Source: Saprolegnia diclina VS20 (taxonomy: Eukaryota). From it: a DNA stretch of 64,000 nucleotides. The notes below the pieces were generated by a model that searched no databases, was not told the origin of the DNA, and saw only the letters and a list, made by a program, of their open reading frames with translations. The translations under genes were made by a program, and so were the position numbers. Each line of letters opens with the position of its first letter. The stretch's first letter is position 1. The stretch lies in assembly GCF_000281045.1 (NCBI RefSeq), contig NW_008246147.1, positions 7,972-71,971 of the forward strand, given 5' to 3'. Of the stretch, positions 10,860 to 22,600 are shown in pieces.

Positions 10860-12577
10860 TTACGGCTCGACGTGCACGGGGTCGCGGATCGAGACGTAGT
10901 TGGTGCGCTTGAGGCGGTGGTGGAGCCACACGAGGAGCTGGCTCACCAAGACCGAGACGACCGCCGAGATGAGGAGAGCGTAGAACCAGCTGATGCGGGG
11001 GATCGCGTGGATGAGCCGGCGGCGGCCGCCCCGCTCCTCGATGCGCTCGTCGACGCACTCGAGGTACTGGTCGGGCGTCGTGAACCACGTCTGCGTGCAG
11101 AGAATACCGTCCAAGCACGCAGAGTCGTCGTCGTTGGTGCACGGCGGGAGGCGCTTCGAGTCGGCCTTGGTGTGGCGGTAGTACTCGTAAAGCAGAGCCG
11201 AGTCGTTCTTCATGCTAGTGCATCCTCCATGTTCAGACGCAAAAACACGGATGAACGTACCGCTGCGTGAGACTGCGCAGCGTCGTGCTTGAGAGGTCCG
11301 TGATGTTGTAGGCCGTCGACGCCGTAAAGACCTTTTTCCATCCGACAATCTTCGAGTCGACGAGCGTGTCCGTAAAGTTGGTCGCGTACACCGTAAAGTC
11401 CAGCAGGTCGTAAGTCCCATTGTCGTACTCCCACACCTAGGCGTAGGTTCGTGTCGTGTCAATGCCGCGTTAAGGACGCACCGTAAACGACGGGTTGTTG
11501 CCAAAGTACGGCGAGACCGCCCCCGTCGCGAAGAGGGGCACGCCTTCGGCGCCATCTAGCGTCGGGATCGGGACGCTATACGTGCGACATGAGGGGCGTG
11601 GGCGCATGTCGGATGCGTACCGGTACTCTATGTTGTGGACGTGGCCAAACAGCTAGCGCCCCATAAGATAGGATTTAGAGGGCGAGTCTACCTGCGCCTT
11701 GATGATGTCGGGGAACTGCTGCACGATCGCTTGGTACTGCACAATGTACTGCACCTCCCACTGCTGCTTGCCCGCATACGAGTCGATGATCGGCGGGATG
11801 TGTCCCGCAATGTACACGTACGAGCCGTTCGCTTTGGCTTCCGATAAGACGTGGTGAAGCCATGCGAACTGGCCAAACGGATCAGGTATGTCGGTCGTCT
11901 TGGGTGCGTGGCGGACCTACGCTCCATGTTCGTTTCGACTTGAACCGAGATATGAAAAGCCATGATCGTACCGAGTACGGAACTGTGTTGAGCGTCACGA
12001 GAATGAGGTTCGTCTCGAGCTGGTACCAGAGGTAGCCACGGGTGTCGAAGGCTTGGAACTGCGCCGGCGTCAGCGACGGCCGCCACGCCGCGTCGATCAT
12101 GCCGATCGTCGGGTTCGTGCCGCTCGCCGGGTCCGTGACGTTCATGAGATAGTCCTTGACTAGCAAACCATAGGAATAAGTGATAGCGCTAGAGCGGCGC
12201 CGCACCGCAGTCGGCGTTGCCCACGATGGCGGTGGCGTTGCGCGCGTGGAAGTAGCGCTCCATGGCCTGCACGTTCTGGCGCACGCTCTGCAGCAAGACC
12301 GACTCGTTGTGCTTGGTGTGCGCGACCGAGTCGCCCGTGTGCAAGAAGAGGTCGGGGTTGGGTAAGACGCTCTGCGCGTACGCGAGTGCCGACTCGAGCA
12401 GCCTACGCGGACACGGGTGAGCTGCACCTCGTTGGCACCGGCGTCGCACCGCGGACTCGAGTCGTGGCCGTAGTTGAGCTCATTGAGCGTGATGTTGAGG
12501 TGGATGTCGGAGATGTGTAGGATCGTCTTGGCGGCCGCGGCCGGCAGCAGCGCCGCAAGCACGTGGAGGCAGCGCAT
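10860..12577 (-). CDS. Acid sphingomyelinase-like calcineurin-type metallophosphoesterase with signal peptide and C-terminal TM helix, multi-exon
   Basis: MRCLHVLAALLPAAAA signal, ILHISDIHL, TGDSVAH, GNAD, IAGHIPP and FGHVH, plus hydrophobic WFYALLISAVVSVLVSQLLVWL near the C-terminus. Confidence 0.85.
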
Positions 12578-12701
12578 GGCAAATCACCGAGTCCCGAGGA
12601 CCGCAATATTTTTATTTCGATATCATCCCTCGAGCATACAAATTCATCGTCATACAAAACCTTGCGATCTTTTGTTTAAACAGGTGGCCTCACCTGGCTC
12701 C

Positions 12702-12766
12702 GATTGGCTAAATTACAGAACTGCGTCGATGATTGGCTGAAATGGTCCAAGGAGCGCAATGATTGG
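12702..12766 (-). promoter_or_regulatory. Three CCAAT boxes at ~30-bp spacing upstream of the phosphoesterase gene
   Basis: GATTGG on the + strand at 12702, 12731 and 12761, 125-190 bp from the ATG at 12577. Confidence 0.55.
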
Positions 12767-13207
12767 TTGAAAAGCGGGGCACGGCGCTCCCGCCGTCGGA
12801 GTTGCCGCAGTCAGTAGGGAAGGCGGTGCTCGGAAGGCGGCAGGCGGGTGGCTTGTTGAAGCACCTACTTCTCATTCGATCCGAATGGTACCTTAAATGA
12901 GGTCACGGACCATCGAGATCTTCTCCCAGGACTGCACCACACGACATGACAAGTTGTGCAGCAATAGCCTTCAACATGGAGATGTCGACGAGATGTAGAG
13001 GTTATTGGCCTCTTAGCGTGTTCCTCATGCGCAGGTCCTGTTCCAGCGATGAGTCGGTGCCATGTGACGGGCGGAAGATGATGTCGACCCAGAATCTTTT
13101 GCACGTCGGAACGTCGAAGGTTGCTCCGTCCTTGGAGACTAGATACGTATTGTACGAGCCGCAAAGAGGCCGAGTGTACTAGACTAGGACGCAGGATCTT
13201 TTGTGTC

Positions 13208-13849
13208 TTAATAATCGCCGCCCTGCGTCATGTCGCCGTACTCGGAGTAAAAGGTCGCGAACGCCACCGAGTTCTTCGTCGCGTCTTCCGGGTCAAAGTA
13301 GAGCTTGCACTTTTCGTACGGCGGCGCATAGAGGTGCAGCGTGATGGCGTCGACCTCGTCGCTCGGGTTGCCGACCTTGTGGAGGCCGAGCGAGTCGTCC
13401 ATGTACGTCACGCCGTGCGTGACCATGACGCTCGACGACTCGGCCAGCGTCACGCCGTCGTTCCAGTACCGGACCTCGTGCACCGTGCCCTGAATATGGC
13501 GCACCCAGCAGCCATCCGACGGGTGGTCGTGGATCGGGCTGTACTTGCCCCGGTTCCAGCAGAGCAAAATGAGCGCGTACGTCGTGTTGTCGGTCGCAAT
13601 CAAATTGCGCGTGTAGTTGCGCGACGGGTCAAAATGCACGTAGCGACCGAGCTCGTCCATGTCGCCGCTGTAGGCCGCGAGCGCCTCCTGCAGCTTGGCC
13701 TTCTGCGATAGCGGGATCGTGCCATCGAGGAACTGCACCTCGCGCTCGATGACGGCGACGAGGTCGCGGAGGCTAAAGCCCTTGACGGCGCTCTCGTCCT
13801 GGTTGGACCGCGCTTGCGGCGACGCGACGATCTGCGCAGACTCCTTCAT
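13208..13849 (-). CDS. CDO1: Cysteine dioxygenase (copy 2)
   Basis: YTRNLIATDN, SPIHDHPSDGCW, LGLHKVGNP and TLHLYAPP. It is a close paralogue of 10238-10822. Confidence 0.95.
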   Translation of the reverse strand: MKESAQIVASPQARSNQDESAVKGFSLRDLVAVIEREVQFLDGTIPLSQKAKLQEALAAYSGDMDELGRYVHFDPSRNYTRNLIATDNTTYALILLCWNRGKYSPIHDHPSDGCWVRHIQGTVHEVRYWNDGVTLAESSSVMVTHGVTYMDDSLGLHKVGNPSDEVDAITLHLYAPPYEKCKLYFDPEDATKNSVAFATFYSEYGDMTQGGDY

Positions 13850-14111
13850 CTTGGCAACTCGACCAGTGACCCATCGTCGTGACCTAGCTCGACGCTGATT
13901 GGTTCGTCACCCGTCGTCGACCAATGAAACGGACAAGATCGCGTGAGCTGGCGCTCAGTATTGCGATCTTTGGCAGCCGTCGCCGGCGGTTGCGTGGCGC
14001 CAAGGACGCGGATCCGCGAAGAAGCGTACATCTCCAGCGCAGAGGTTGCGCGACCGAGGCGGCGGGTTAAAAGAAATCGCTCTCGTGCTCGTGAGCGACC
14101 ACCATACTAGT

Positions 14112-14142
14112 AGGGTGTAAGGGTGGCAGGGTGTAAGGGTGG
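14112..14142 (+). repeat. Tandem 16-bp duplication forming a canonical G-quadruplex pattern
   Basis: agggtgtaagggtggc-agggtgtaagggtgg gives GGG-N5-GGG-N5-GGG-N5-GGG. Confidence 0.7.
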
Positions 14143-14524
14143 ACGTGGCGCCGTGCGTGGTGCGGCTGTCGATCAGAGAGCGACAGTCTAGCGCCGCCGA
14201 CAGCCCAGAGTGCGTTACTTGAAGCGCGTATGACGCCGCGTTAACGGCGGACGATGGACGCTGCTCGTGATCTTGCCACGACGGCCGTAACCTCTAATAC
14301 TTGATAATTCGGAACCACCGCGAGCAGAACTCGCTGTGCAGCAGAGCTGTCGTCTTGCCATGGCTTGTCTGTAGTGTCAGTAGAGAAAGCATGCGCGCGG
14401 GTATGGACGCGGCCAGTGCGATGGTACCGCCCTCTCGTCGCCCCTCGGCCGGCACCAAGTATTATATGTAGGAGGTTTATCCGGTCGAAATCCCTGCAAG
14501 GAACGAGTGGATATTTGGTCTTGG

Positions 14525-16567
14525 ATGGCGCTGTCGTGGAAGGAAGGCGAGGCCGAGATCAAGGACGCGCTGGCCCAGATCGCGACGCCGAAGGGCACGT
14601 CCGCGACCCGCGTCAAGGCCGCCAGCGCTGTCTGCATGCGCCTCATCAAGGACTACAAGCGCGTGGTGCATGCGATCGAGACGATGATGTGGAAGTCGGA
14701 ACACCCGCTCGGGTTCCTCTTCGTCATTGACGCCGTCATCCGCCAGTCGCAGGCCAAGTACGGCGTCGAGAAGGACGTCTTGGCCGCGCGCTTTAGCAAG
14801 CACCTCTCGCACACGATCTCGGCCGTCAAGCACCTCCCGCCCGACGCCAAGGTAGCCGATCTTTACTCGAGGATTGTCGCCTATCGCAGGACGTAGGATC
14901 AAGCACACCGCATCGTGCACGACTGGGCCGCCCGGCGTGTCTACTCGCGCGACGACATTACGAAGGCGGGAGGCGCCGAGTTCCTCGCCACGCCGCCGCC
15001 ACCGGTACGGCGCACCTGTCTTGACTGGTGGCTCATGCAGACGACGTAGCCCGCAGCCTCGACGTCCACCGCGCCGCCGCTCAACTCGGACGCAGAGAAG
15101 GAGAAACTCGCTATGCTTCTCGACAACATTAAGCGCATGAAGCAGCAGCGCGAAGAGAAGAACCACGATAGTCGAGCCCCGAGCGGCAGCCCGCCGTCGC
15201 ACGCGCCGTCGTCATCGTCGTATGCGGCGGTCCCACCGTCGCAGTCGTCGTACTCTAGCTATGCACCGCAGTCGCAGACAAGCGCTCCCTCCAACGGACC
15301 TCGATACGGACAGCCCTCGTCGCCGCGACGGGACTCGCCGCGCAGCTCGCGTGGCCGGTCACGCTCGCGCTCGCCCCGACGAACTCGCATGCGGTACGTG
15401 ACGCTTTGCTGCGGCATGGAATGCTGAAGGGATTGCATAGATCCCGCAGTCGGAGTCCTGTTCGTGACAGCGGCAGTCGCCGGCGTCCCGACCCGGTCCA
15501 GCCACCTCCGCAGCAGCAATCCTTTTACGGCGAACCGAGCTCGTACCGGCAGTCGTCTCCGTCGTTCAACCAAGGGCCTCCACGAGGCTCGTTTGGCCAA
15601 AGCGCCTCTTCTTCATCGTCGTTCCAGCAGAGCCCGCCGGCATCCAGCTATAACCAGGGCCCACCCTCCTCTAGCTATAACCAGGGCCCGTCGTCATCGA
15701 GCTTCAACCAGGGCCCTCCCTCCTCGAGCTATACCCAGGGCCCTTCCTCCTCGAGCTTTGGCCAGGGCCCACCGTCGTCTGGCTTTAACCAGGGCCCACC
15801 GTCGTCGTCGGGGTTCAACCAGGGGCCGCCGTCGTCGGGCTTCAACCAGGGGGGTCCTCCTCCGTTTCGCCAGGGTCCTCCGTCGTCGGCACCGCATCAG
15901 GGCGGGTCGTCGTTCGGACAGCCGTCGTTTGGTGGTGGCGGCGGTGGGTTCACCAAGGGCGTTTGCTTTGACTATGCGCAAGGCCGCTGCTTCCGAGGCG
16001 CAAGCTGCCGCTTTTTGCACGACGGGCCGACGCAGCAGCCGGGCGAACCAGGCGCCCGCCCGCCCCGCCCGCAGCTCAAAACGCGTCTCTGCATGAATTT
16101 TCCGTCGGGCAACTGCCGCTACGGCGACCGCTGCACGTATGTCGTTTGCGCCGTGACGGAGCTTGTGTGTTGATATGTTGATACTTAGATTTGCCCACGG
16201 CGAGACGCAGCTCGGCTCGGCCGTCGAGACGAGCTCATCGTCGATGCCGCCCCGGTCGTCGCCCCATGCGCCGTCGACGTACGGGCCGCCGCCCACAAAG
16301 GTGGCCGAGTACCCGCCTTACACTTCGAATAACACGTCGATTGGTGCTGCTATTACGTCGTCGTCGTTGGCTCAGTCGCAGTCGTCCGGATCACCGAAGC
16401 GGGTGCGTCAGTCCCGCTGGGGCGCCAAGCCAGCGGTAACCGAGGCACCGCCGGCGCCCGTGCCGGTGCCCGTCGTCGCGCCCGTCGTCGCGCCTGTCAA
16501 GCACTTTGAAGAGGAGGAGCCGGCCCCCGCCCCCGAGTTTACGCTAGAGTACGACGATGACGAATAG
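14525..16567 (+). CDS. CID-like N-terminal domain + low-complexity region + two CCCH zinc fingers (RNA-processing factor-like), multi-exon
   Basis: Helical N-terminus ..PLGFLFVIDAVIRQS.. resembles a Pol II CTD-interacting domain. Also an RS stretch, NQGPPSS repeats, CFDYAQGRCFRGASCRFLH and KTRLCMNFPSGNCRYGDRCT/FAHG. Confidence 0.8.
15568..15900 (+). repeat. Coding minisatellite encoding ~9-aa [FY]NQGPPSSS units
   Basis: Repeated aaccagggccc(a/t/g)c.. units about 27-30 bp apart. Confidence 0.9.
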
Positions 16568-16620
16568 TGTAGTTTGAGTTTAGTAACACTAAACCTTTTT
16601 ATAACTGGTGTAACGGTTAT

Positions 16621-19600
16621 ATGGGCCGGCTCGAGATTGCGCCCGAGGGCAAATTCGACGGCGGCCTGCGGCTGTGGCGGCCTGGCCAGCCGGCGCAGCT
16701 TTTGGACGGACCGCCGCCGTGGACGTGCGAGTACGAGCTCGGCGATGCGCTTCGATTGGCCGACGCCACGTCGGACGAGGTCGAGTGGGTCGTCAGCGAG
16801 ACCCTTGCCACTGTCACCTTGCGACCAGGCGTCCAGCTACAGCTCTCGTACCGAGGGCCTTGGACTACTGCCGAGACTATTCGTGCTGGCTACCTCCGCG
16901 TGCAGGTGGTGCCCCGCCAGGGTACGTCAGGCCGCCTCGTCGCAACGTTGACGCCGGGTGGTGGCGCGGTCTCGGCGCTTCTGCCTCTTGGCACCGGTAC
17001 GACAAGACGGTCTTGGAATTGGCTCATTGTATGCGCTAGCGCTCTCGTTCCCGACGACAGACCGCGCGCTGGCAGCAGGAAGCCTTCGTTTTGAGCTGTT
17101 GGCCGAAGGTAGCAGCCGCAGTCTTGGCACAGCACGACTCGCCTCATTGCAGCTCGGAGTCGCAGTGATGTGTGAGCTCAAAGAGCACCCGGCGCAGCGG
17201 GCGGTGCGCCACCAATTTGAGGTGACTCTACTTTTCGAGCCCTTCCAGCGCAGCCCAATGTCTGCATTTCGCCACTTGTTTATCGTCGAAGCGCGAAATT
17301 TGGTGGCTCCCGAGCGGAATCTCTTGGCCCGCGTCTCGCTGCCGCCCCCCGCGACGACGATCGAGTCACCGCTCGCCCTCTCCAACTCTGGCGCCGAGTG
17401 GGCGTGGCACTGGACGGTGCCGGTGCCCGAGATACCGGCGCTGTCGACGCTACCGCTGACCATTCTGGACGCGACATCCAACGATGCAACGGTCGGAACG
17501 TGCGAGGTTGCGCTCTCGGAGACGCCTGCGTGGGTGCCGCTGGCGCCGCGGGGCGAGCTCCTCGTCGTGGCTGCCCGAGAAGCTGACTTGGCGACCGTTC
17601 GGCTGACGCGCCTCTGCAACCTCCCGACGTCGACCAAGACTTTTGAGCTCCGTTGTGGCGGTGACGTCGTGTTGTCGACACGGCCTCTCACCGCCCACTG
17701 CTCGTCTGCGTTGTCGTGCGTCGACTGCGACGTTGAGCTCTCTGTTCGTCTCGAGGAGCCGATTCTGAGCCTCACGCTTCTCCTGGACAACGAGGTGCGT
17801 CTTTCCCGCGACGTCTGCGCAACTTCCTCCACCGCCTTTATCGTCGCCTTGTCCTCGACGATCCGCGTCGGCTTTGGCGCCGACGTACGCGACTACGAGC
17901 CTTCGCCGCGTCGCGTGTGGCTCTCCCTCGTCGCGCCACTCGATGTCCCAGTGGTCTTGACTTGGGAGGGTCGCAAACACGCGTTGTCGCCCGAAGCGCA
18001 ACTACAGCTGGCTGTCGACGACTGCCGCACCGCCGTGTTTGTCCTCGAGGCTGCCGATGCCTCTCGCGGGTACATTTTCGGCGACATGCTCACAGGTAAT
18101 TTTACATACGAAAGCAACTCTTTGCTTTGGTCTGCGTAGATGGCTCAGTGGCGATGCCGTGGCAAGGACCGGTGCCACTTGTCTTGAGCGGCTCGGTTCG
18201 GCACGAGGTGGTTTGCCGCATAGCGTCACAGCCGTGCGCCGACGAAACACAAGAGGAGCTGTTCAGCGACGTAACAAGCCCTGTGCAGTATGTCCCTGGA
18301 CCCGGCACTCTCTATCTCCAGCTCACGTCGTCAGGTACCTCATGCTCGCAGTGCCAGCTTTCTCATTGGATGCCAGTGGTGGCGACGATGCGCATTTCGA
18401 CGAGCAACTGGTCGGCGACGCATGTGCCGCCGTCGTCCAGCGTTGTACGACTTTGTTGCTGTCGACTCGTCGGATGAAGCGCCGCTTGGCGTAGATGGCC
18501 GTGCCTCTGCACTGGAGTCCGGACCAAAGGCGATGCCCGAACCTCGAAATTCACGTCACCGACGCACCGTCGATGTGCATCAACCTCGCGGCGTGGCTAC
18601 TGCAGCCGCGAGAATGGTCCTTCTCATCGCTTCCCATCAAAGACACGGTGCTGGCGCTGGTCTTTCTCCCTGGACCTTCGATGCCCGTGACGCGTCTACC
18701 GCCACAAACAAGCGAAATAACGACGATGAGTGTTTCCATCGACAACTTGTCGCTCGACCAAGTGCCCGCGAGCATCGCCAGCGTTCAGCTCCTCGTGCTG
18801 CTGCAGACAAAGACCGTCTCGTCGGCGTAAGTTCTTATTCGCCGCCTCCAAGATCCACCGACATTGGAGTAGCACATGTCCCGTTGTCGGAGGACGTGCG
18901 AACATCGACGCGCCGTTACTGCTCGACGCAGTGAGTCTCTCGACGCCGGGCTGCAACCCACTGCTTACGTTTACTGTCCTGCATGGCGAGACTCAGACCA
19001 CACTCGGTACGCTCCGAATACGAATAAGAATTCTGAGTGTTGTCGTAGCCACAGCGGTGACGCCGCTCTTTCCGTACATCACAGACAAGGGCCACGTAGC
19101 AATGCTGGCGCTGCCTGCTTTGGCGGCGACCGGTGACCGCGTCTGCGTTGTCAACGTGCACCTGCACGCGGTACGCAAGCTCGTGAGAGAAGCCTCTGAC
19201 GACACGGGCCTCCTCTTGACCTTTCACGACGTCAAGGGCTCACCCCAGTGGTACCAAACGAATGTGTTTCTCTGCGCGCTTGGCGACGCGATCGAGACGA
19301 CGACTACATCGGCGACCAAGACGGAGCCGAGTGTTCTGCTGCCACACAATGAGGGGTTTGTGCGCATCGACATGTACCAAGGCGTCGTCGTCGGCAGCGG
19401 GTCGGTCAAGGCCGTGCCGAATAAATCACGGCAGTGGACGTCCTTCGGGAACCATCAAGTGCTTATATCGCTCTTGCCCGCAGCTGCACCGGCGCCGGTG
19501 GTCGGCAAACTCTACTTGGAGCCTTTGGAAGCCAAAGTGGCTTTCTCGTGGAAGGTAGAAAGTTGAGCTCGAGTGCTGCTGCATACATAGCCTTCTAGAG

Positions 19601-22600
19601 CCCTTACCTTCGGCTACGGGCGGGCGACCTCGACGTGTACAAGTCGAGCGTGTACAAACTCAGCGACGGGGCACCGAAATGGACCGACCACGTCGTGCTC
19701 AGCGTCCCGACACTGCCGCTCTCGGTCTCATGCGGTCTCTTCTCGAGAGGTGCGTCGCTGGGGCAGACCAACGGCAGCGCTTCGCTCCTCGCTCCCGTCA
19801 TTGTTTCCGACGCCAATTTTCAGCTGGACGATTGGCTCGCGCTTGAGCAAGAGGCCGGCCACGTGCATATTCAGGGAACGTTCTTGCCAAAGCTGCGTGG
19901 CGACGTCCAACTCGTCGTGACCAAGCTCGTCCTTTCCAGCGCAGTGACAACGTCGGGCTTGCCGACGACGATCACGGCGTCGGTGCCACCGTCGTTGGCG
20001 TCGTCGTCGACGCTACCGCTGCACCACCAGCTCCCATCTGTCCCGAGCGCGCCCGTTGTGTTCTCCGTGACCAACGCGCAAGCCAGCTCCAAGGTGCCAA
20101 GCTTATCGCTCGTGGTGCAGCAAGGACCTGTGGTGATTGCGACCGCATCGCTACCCCTCCTCGAGGTCTGGCGCCGACCGATACCGAGTCGCTGGTACCC
20201 CCTCCTCGACCGCATCTCGAAAGACGAAGTTGGTGCGGTTCGGGTCGACCTGGCCTTTACACCGGCCATTGGAGTCGCGTCGGAAGCGTCGTTCAACTCG
20301 ACCACGCTCGGGCAGTGGAAGAAGCTGTTCTATCAGATCGACAGCGACCACAGCGGTAGCATTTCGCTGCGAGAGCTTGGCGCGGCGCTCCAGGGCAACG
20401 TCGCTCTGCAGACGCTGCTGCTGCCGGCAACCGACTCGCGGTCCGTAGAGGCTCAAATTACGACCCTCTTCCAGCACCTGGATAGCAACAGCGACGGCGT
20501 ACGTCCCTCTCTCTCAATCCCCATAAATCCATGCGTCGGAAGGGTAGGAAGTGACGTTTGACGAGTATGTTGCCGGCATGCAAGCGCACCAGCGGGCAAC
20601 CACCTCTGTAACCTTCCGTTCAAGTGCGGTCACCTCTGTCGACCTCATCGATGCACAGCGCATCGAGGCGCTGGGGGCCCAAGTCGAGCAGCTCACGGCT
20701 GCCCTCGCCCAGAAAGAGTGCGACACCCAAGCCAGTCGCTCCTCCGAGAGGTCCATCGAGACGCCCGAGGTCGACGTTACGCCGCCGCCGTCCGCGCGAC
20801 CTGTCTACGCCAAGCACACGGAGTGGCGCACGACGCAGCTCAGCCTCGAGTACGACACGTCGCCCGAGACGCTCAAGGAGCAGAACCGGCAGTTGCGTGC
20901 CCAGCTGCACGACGCCGAGGCCGCACGGCGACTCGCGGTGGCCAAGCACGTGCAAGAAAACGAAAAGGTCAAGCGACGCGTCCAGAACGACCGCGCGCTC
21001 GCTCACCATCATTTGTTGCACCGGACACCACCGAGAGAGCTGCACGACGATGTGGTCGTCGAAGGCAAGCTGGCGATGCTGACCGAAGAAGTGCAGCGCC
21101 TCCGCGACGTCAACGCGCATCTGCTACGCATGCAGCTACAAAACGCACCGAGGTCGAGGGAAGATGGCGACGCTTGCGGACCTCCGGAGAACGCAGACCC
21201 AGAGCTCCTCGGGCGATCGACGGAGCTGCATGCGTTGCGCCAAGTTCACCAGCAGCTCCAGTCGGACCACGCCGATGTCGCAGTGCGTGTTGCGCTGGCC
21301 ATAAACAGCTCGAACCAACATGAGTCTTGTAGGACCGTTGTCAAAAGCTCGAAGCCGACTTGGGCGCAGCTCAGCGGCTGCTCGGTGCGCAAACAGAGCG
21401 CTGTCAGTCCTTGCAGCAGCAGCTGCATCAAGCTACCCTTGCGCTGCAGCAGAGCCAGCAAACGAGACAAGCGCAGACGACCCGGTCTACGGTCGTTCAA
21501 TCGGCGCTCGCGTAGGTCGATAGAGAATTTGCATGTGATGACGAGGACACGTAGACTCGAGCTCGATCGTCAAGCGCGGCTGCAGACCCAGCGACAAGCC
21601 GCGCGGGTGGCGCAGACGACCGCGTCGATCTTGCTCCAGTCGAAAGTGCGCATGCGCTTGCAGCAAAAGCGGTACCAAGCTGCCAAGATGCAGCGGGCCG
21701 CGGCGGTGGTCCTCTTGCAGTCAAGGGTGCGTGGCAGGTTCGCGCGCCTACGGTTCCGCGCGAGCCTTCGAGTCCATCGTGCAGCCGTGTGTATTCAATC
21801 CAACGTTCGCCGGTTCGTGTGCCGGTCCAAGTTCGTGCATTTGCAAGCCGGGCGCTGGACGGCAGCGCGGCTGCTTCAAGCGCACGTTCGGCGGTGGCAG
21901 GTGCAGTCGCATTTGCGTCATATCCGAATTGCACTCGGTACGCCTGATGCAGAGTGACCGCAGTACCCACACGAAGTGTAGTGCTCGTACAGGCGTCTGT
22001 CCGGCGGTGGCGGGCACAGCGTTGTCGACACCAGCTGCGAACCGCGCGCACACAGTTGCTGCACGTGCTGTGGCGCCACGTGCTGCGCGGACGGGCAAAG
22101 AAGGCTCAGGTCGCTGCAACACGCCTCCAGCGGGCCTGGCGCCGTCACTTGGTCCGTCTGGACGCGGCGGTTTTGATCCAGCGCCACGCCCGAGGTCACG
22201 TGACCCGACGCAAGCTCGTGCGCGAGCGGACGCTGGGTGCGTGGCTGCGTATGTTTGTGTTGCGACGTCGCTTCTGGCGCGCCCGTGACGCGTCCACAAA
22301 GATCCAAGGGCGGTGGCGGCAGTGGCATATTTTCTTGGCCGAGACCGAGGCCGCCATCGCTGTTCAAAGCGTGTACCGATCGCACCGCTCTCGTCGCAGC
22401 GTTCGAAAGAGCCAAGCAGCTGCGACAGCGATTCAGCTCGTCTGGCGGCGGCGTCAGCAGACGGCCACGAACGCAACGACGTCGACAGTACATATTCTGG
22501 GTGTTGACGGTCCTAGCCAAGTTGAATCGGCAACTTGCGAGATGATGGATGCACCGACACTCGAAGCGACCGACATGGTGGAGCCCGACATCGAGTTTGG

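Noticed and set aside
15568..15900. Regular repeats as a possible CRISPR array
   Set aside because: They are in-frame coding repeats with no unique spacers, in a eukaryotic context without cas genes.
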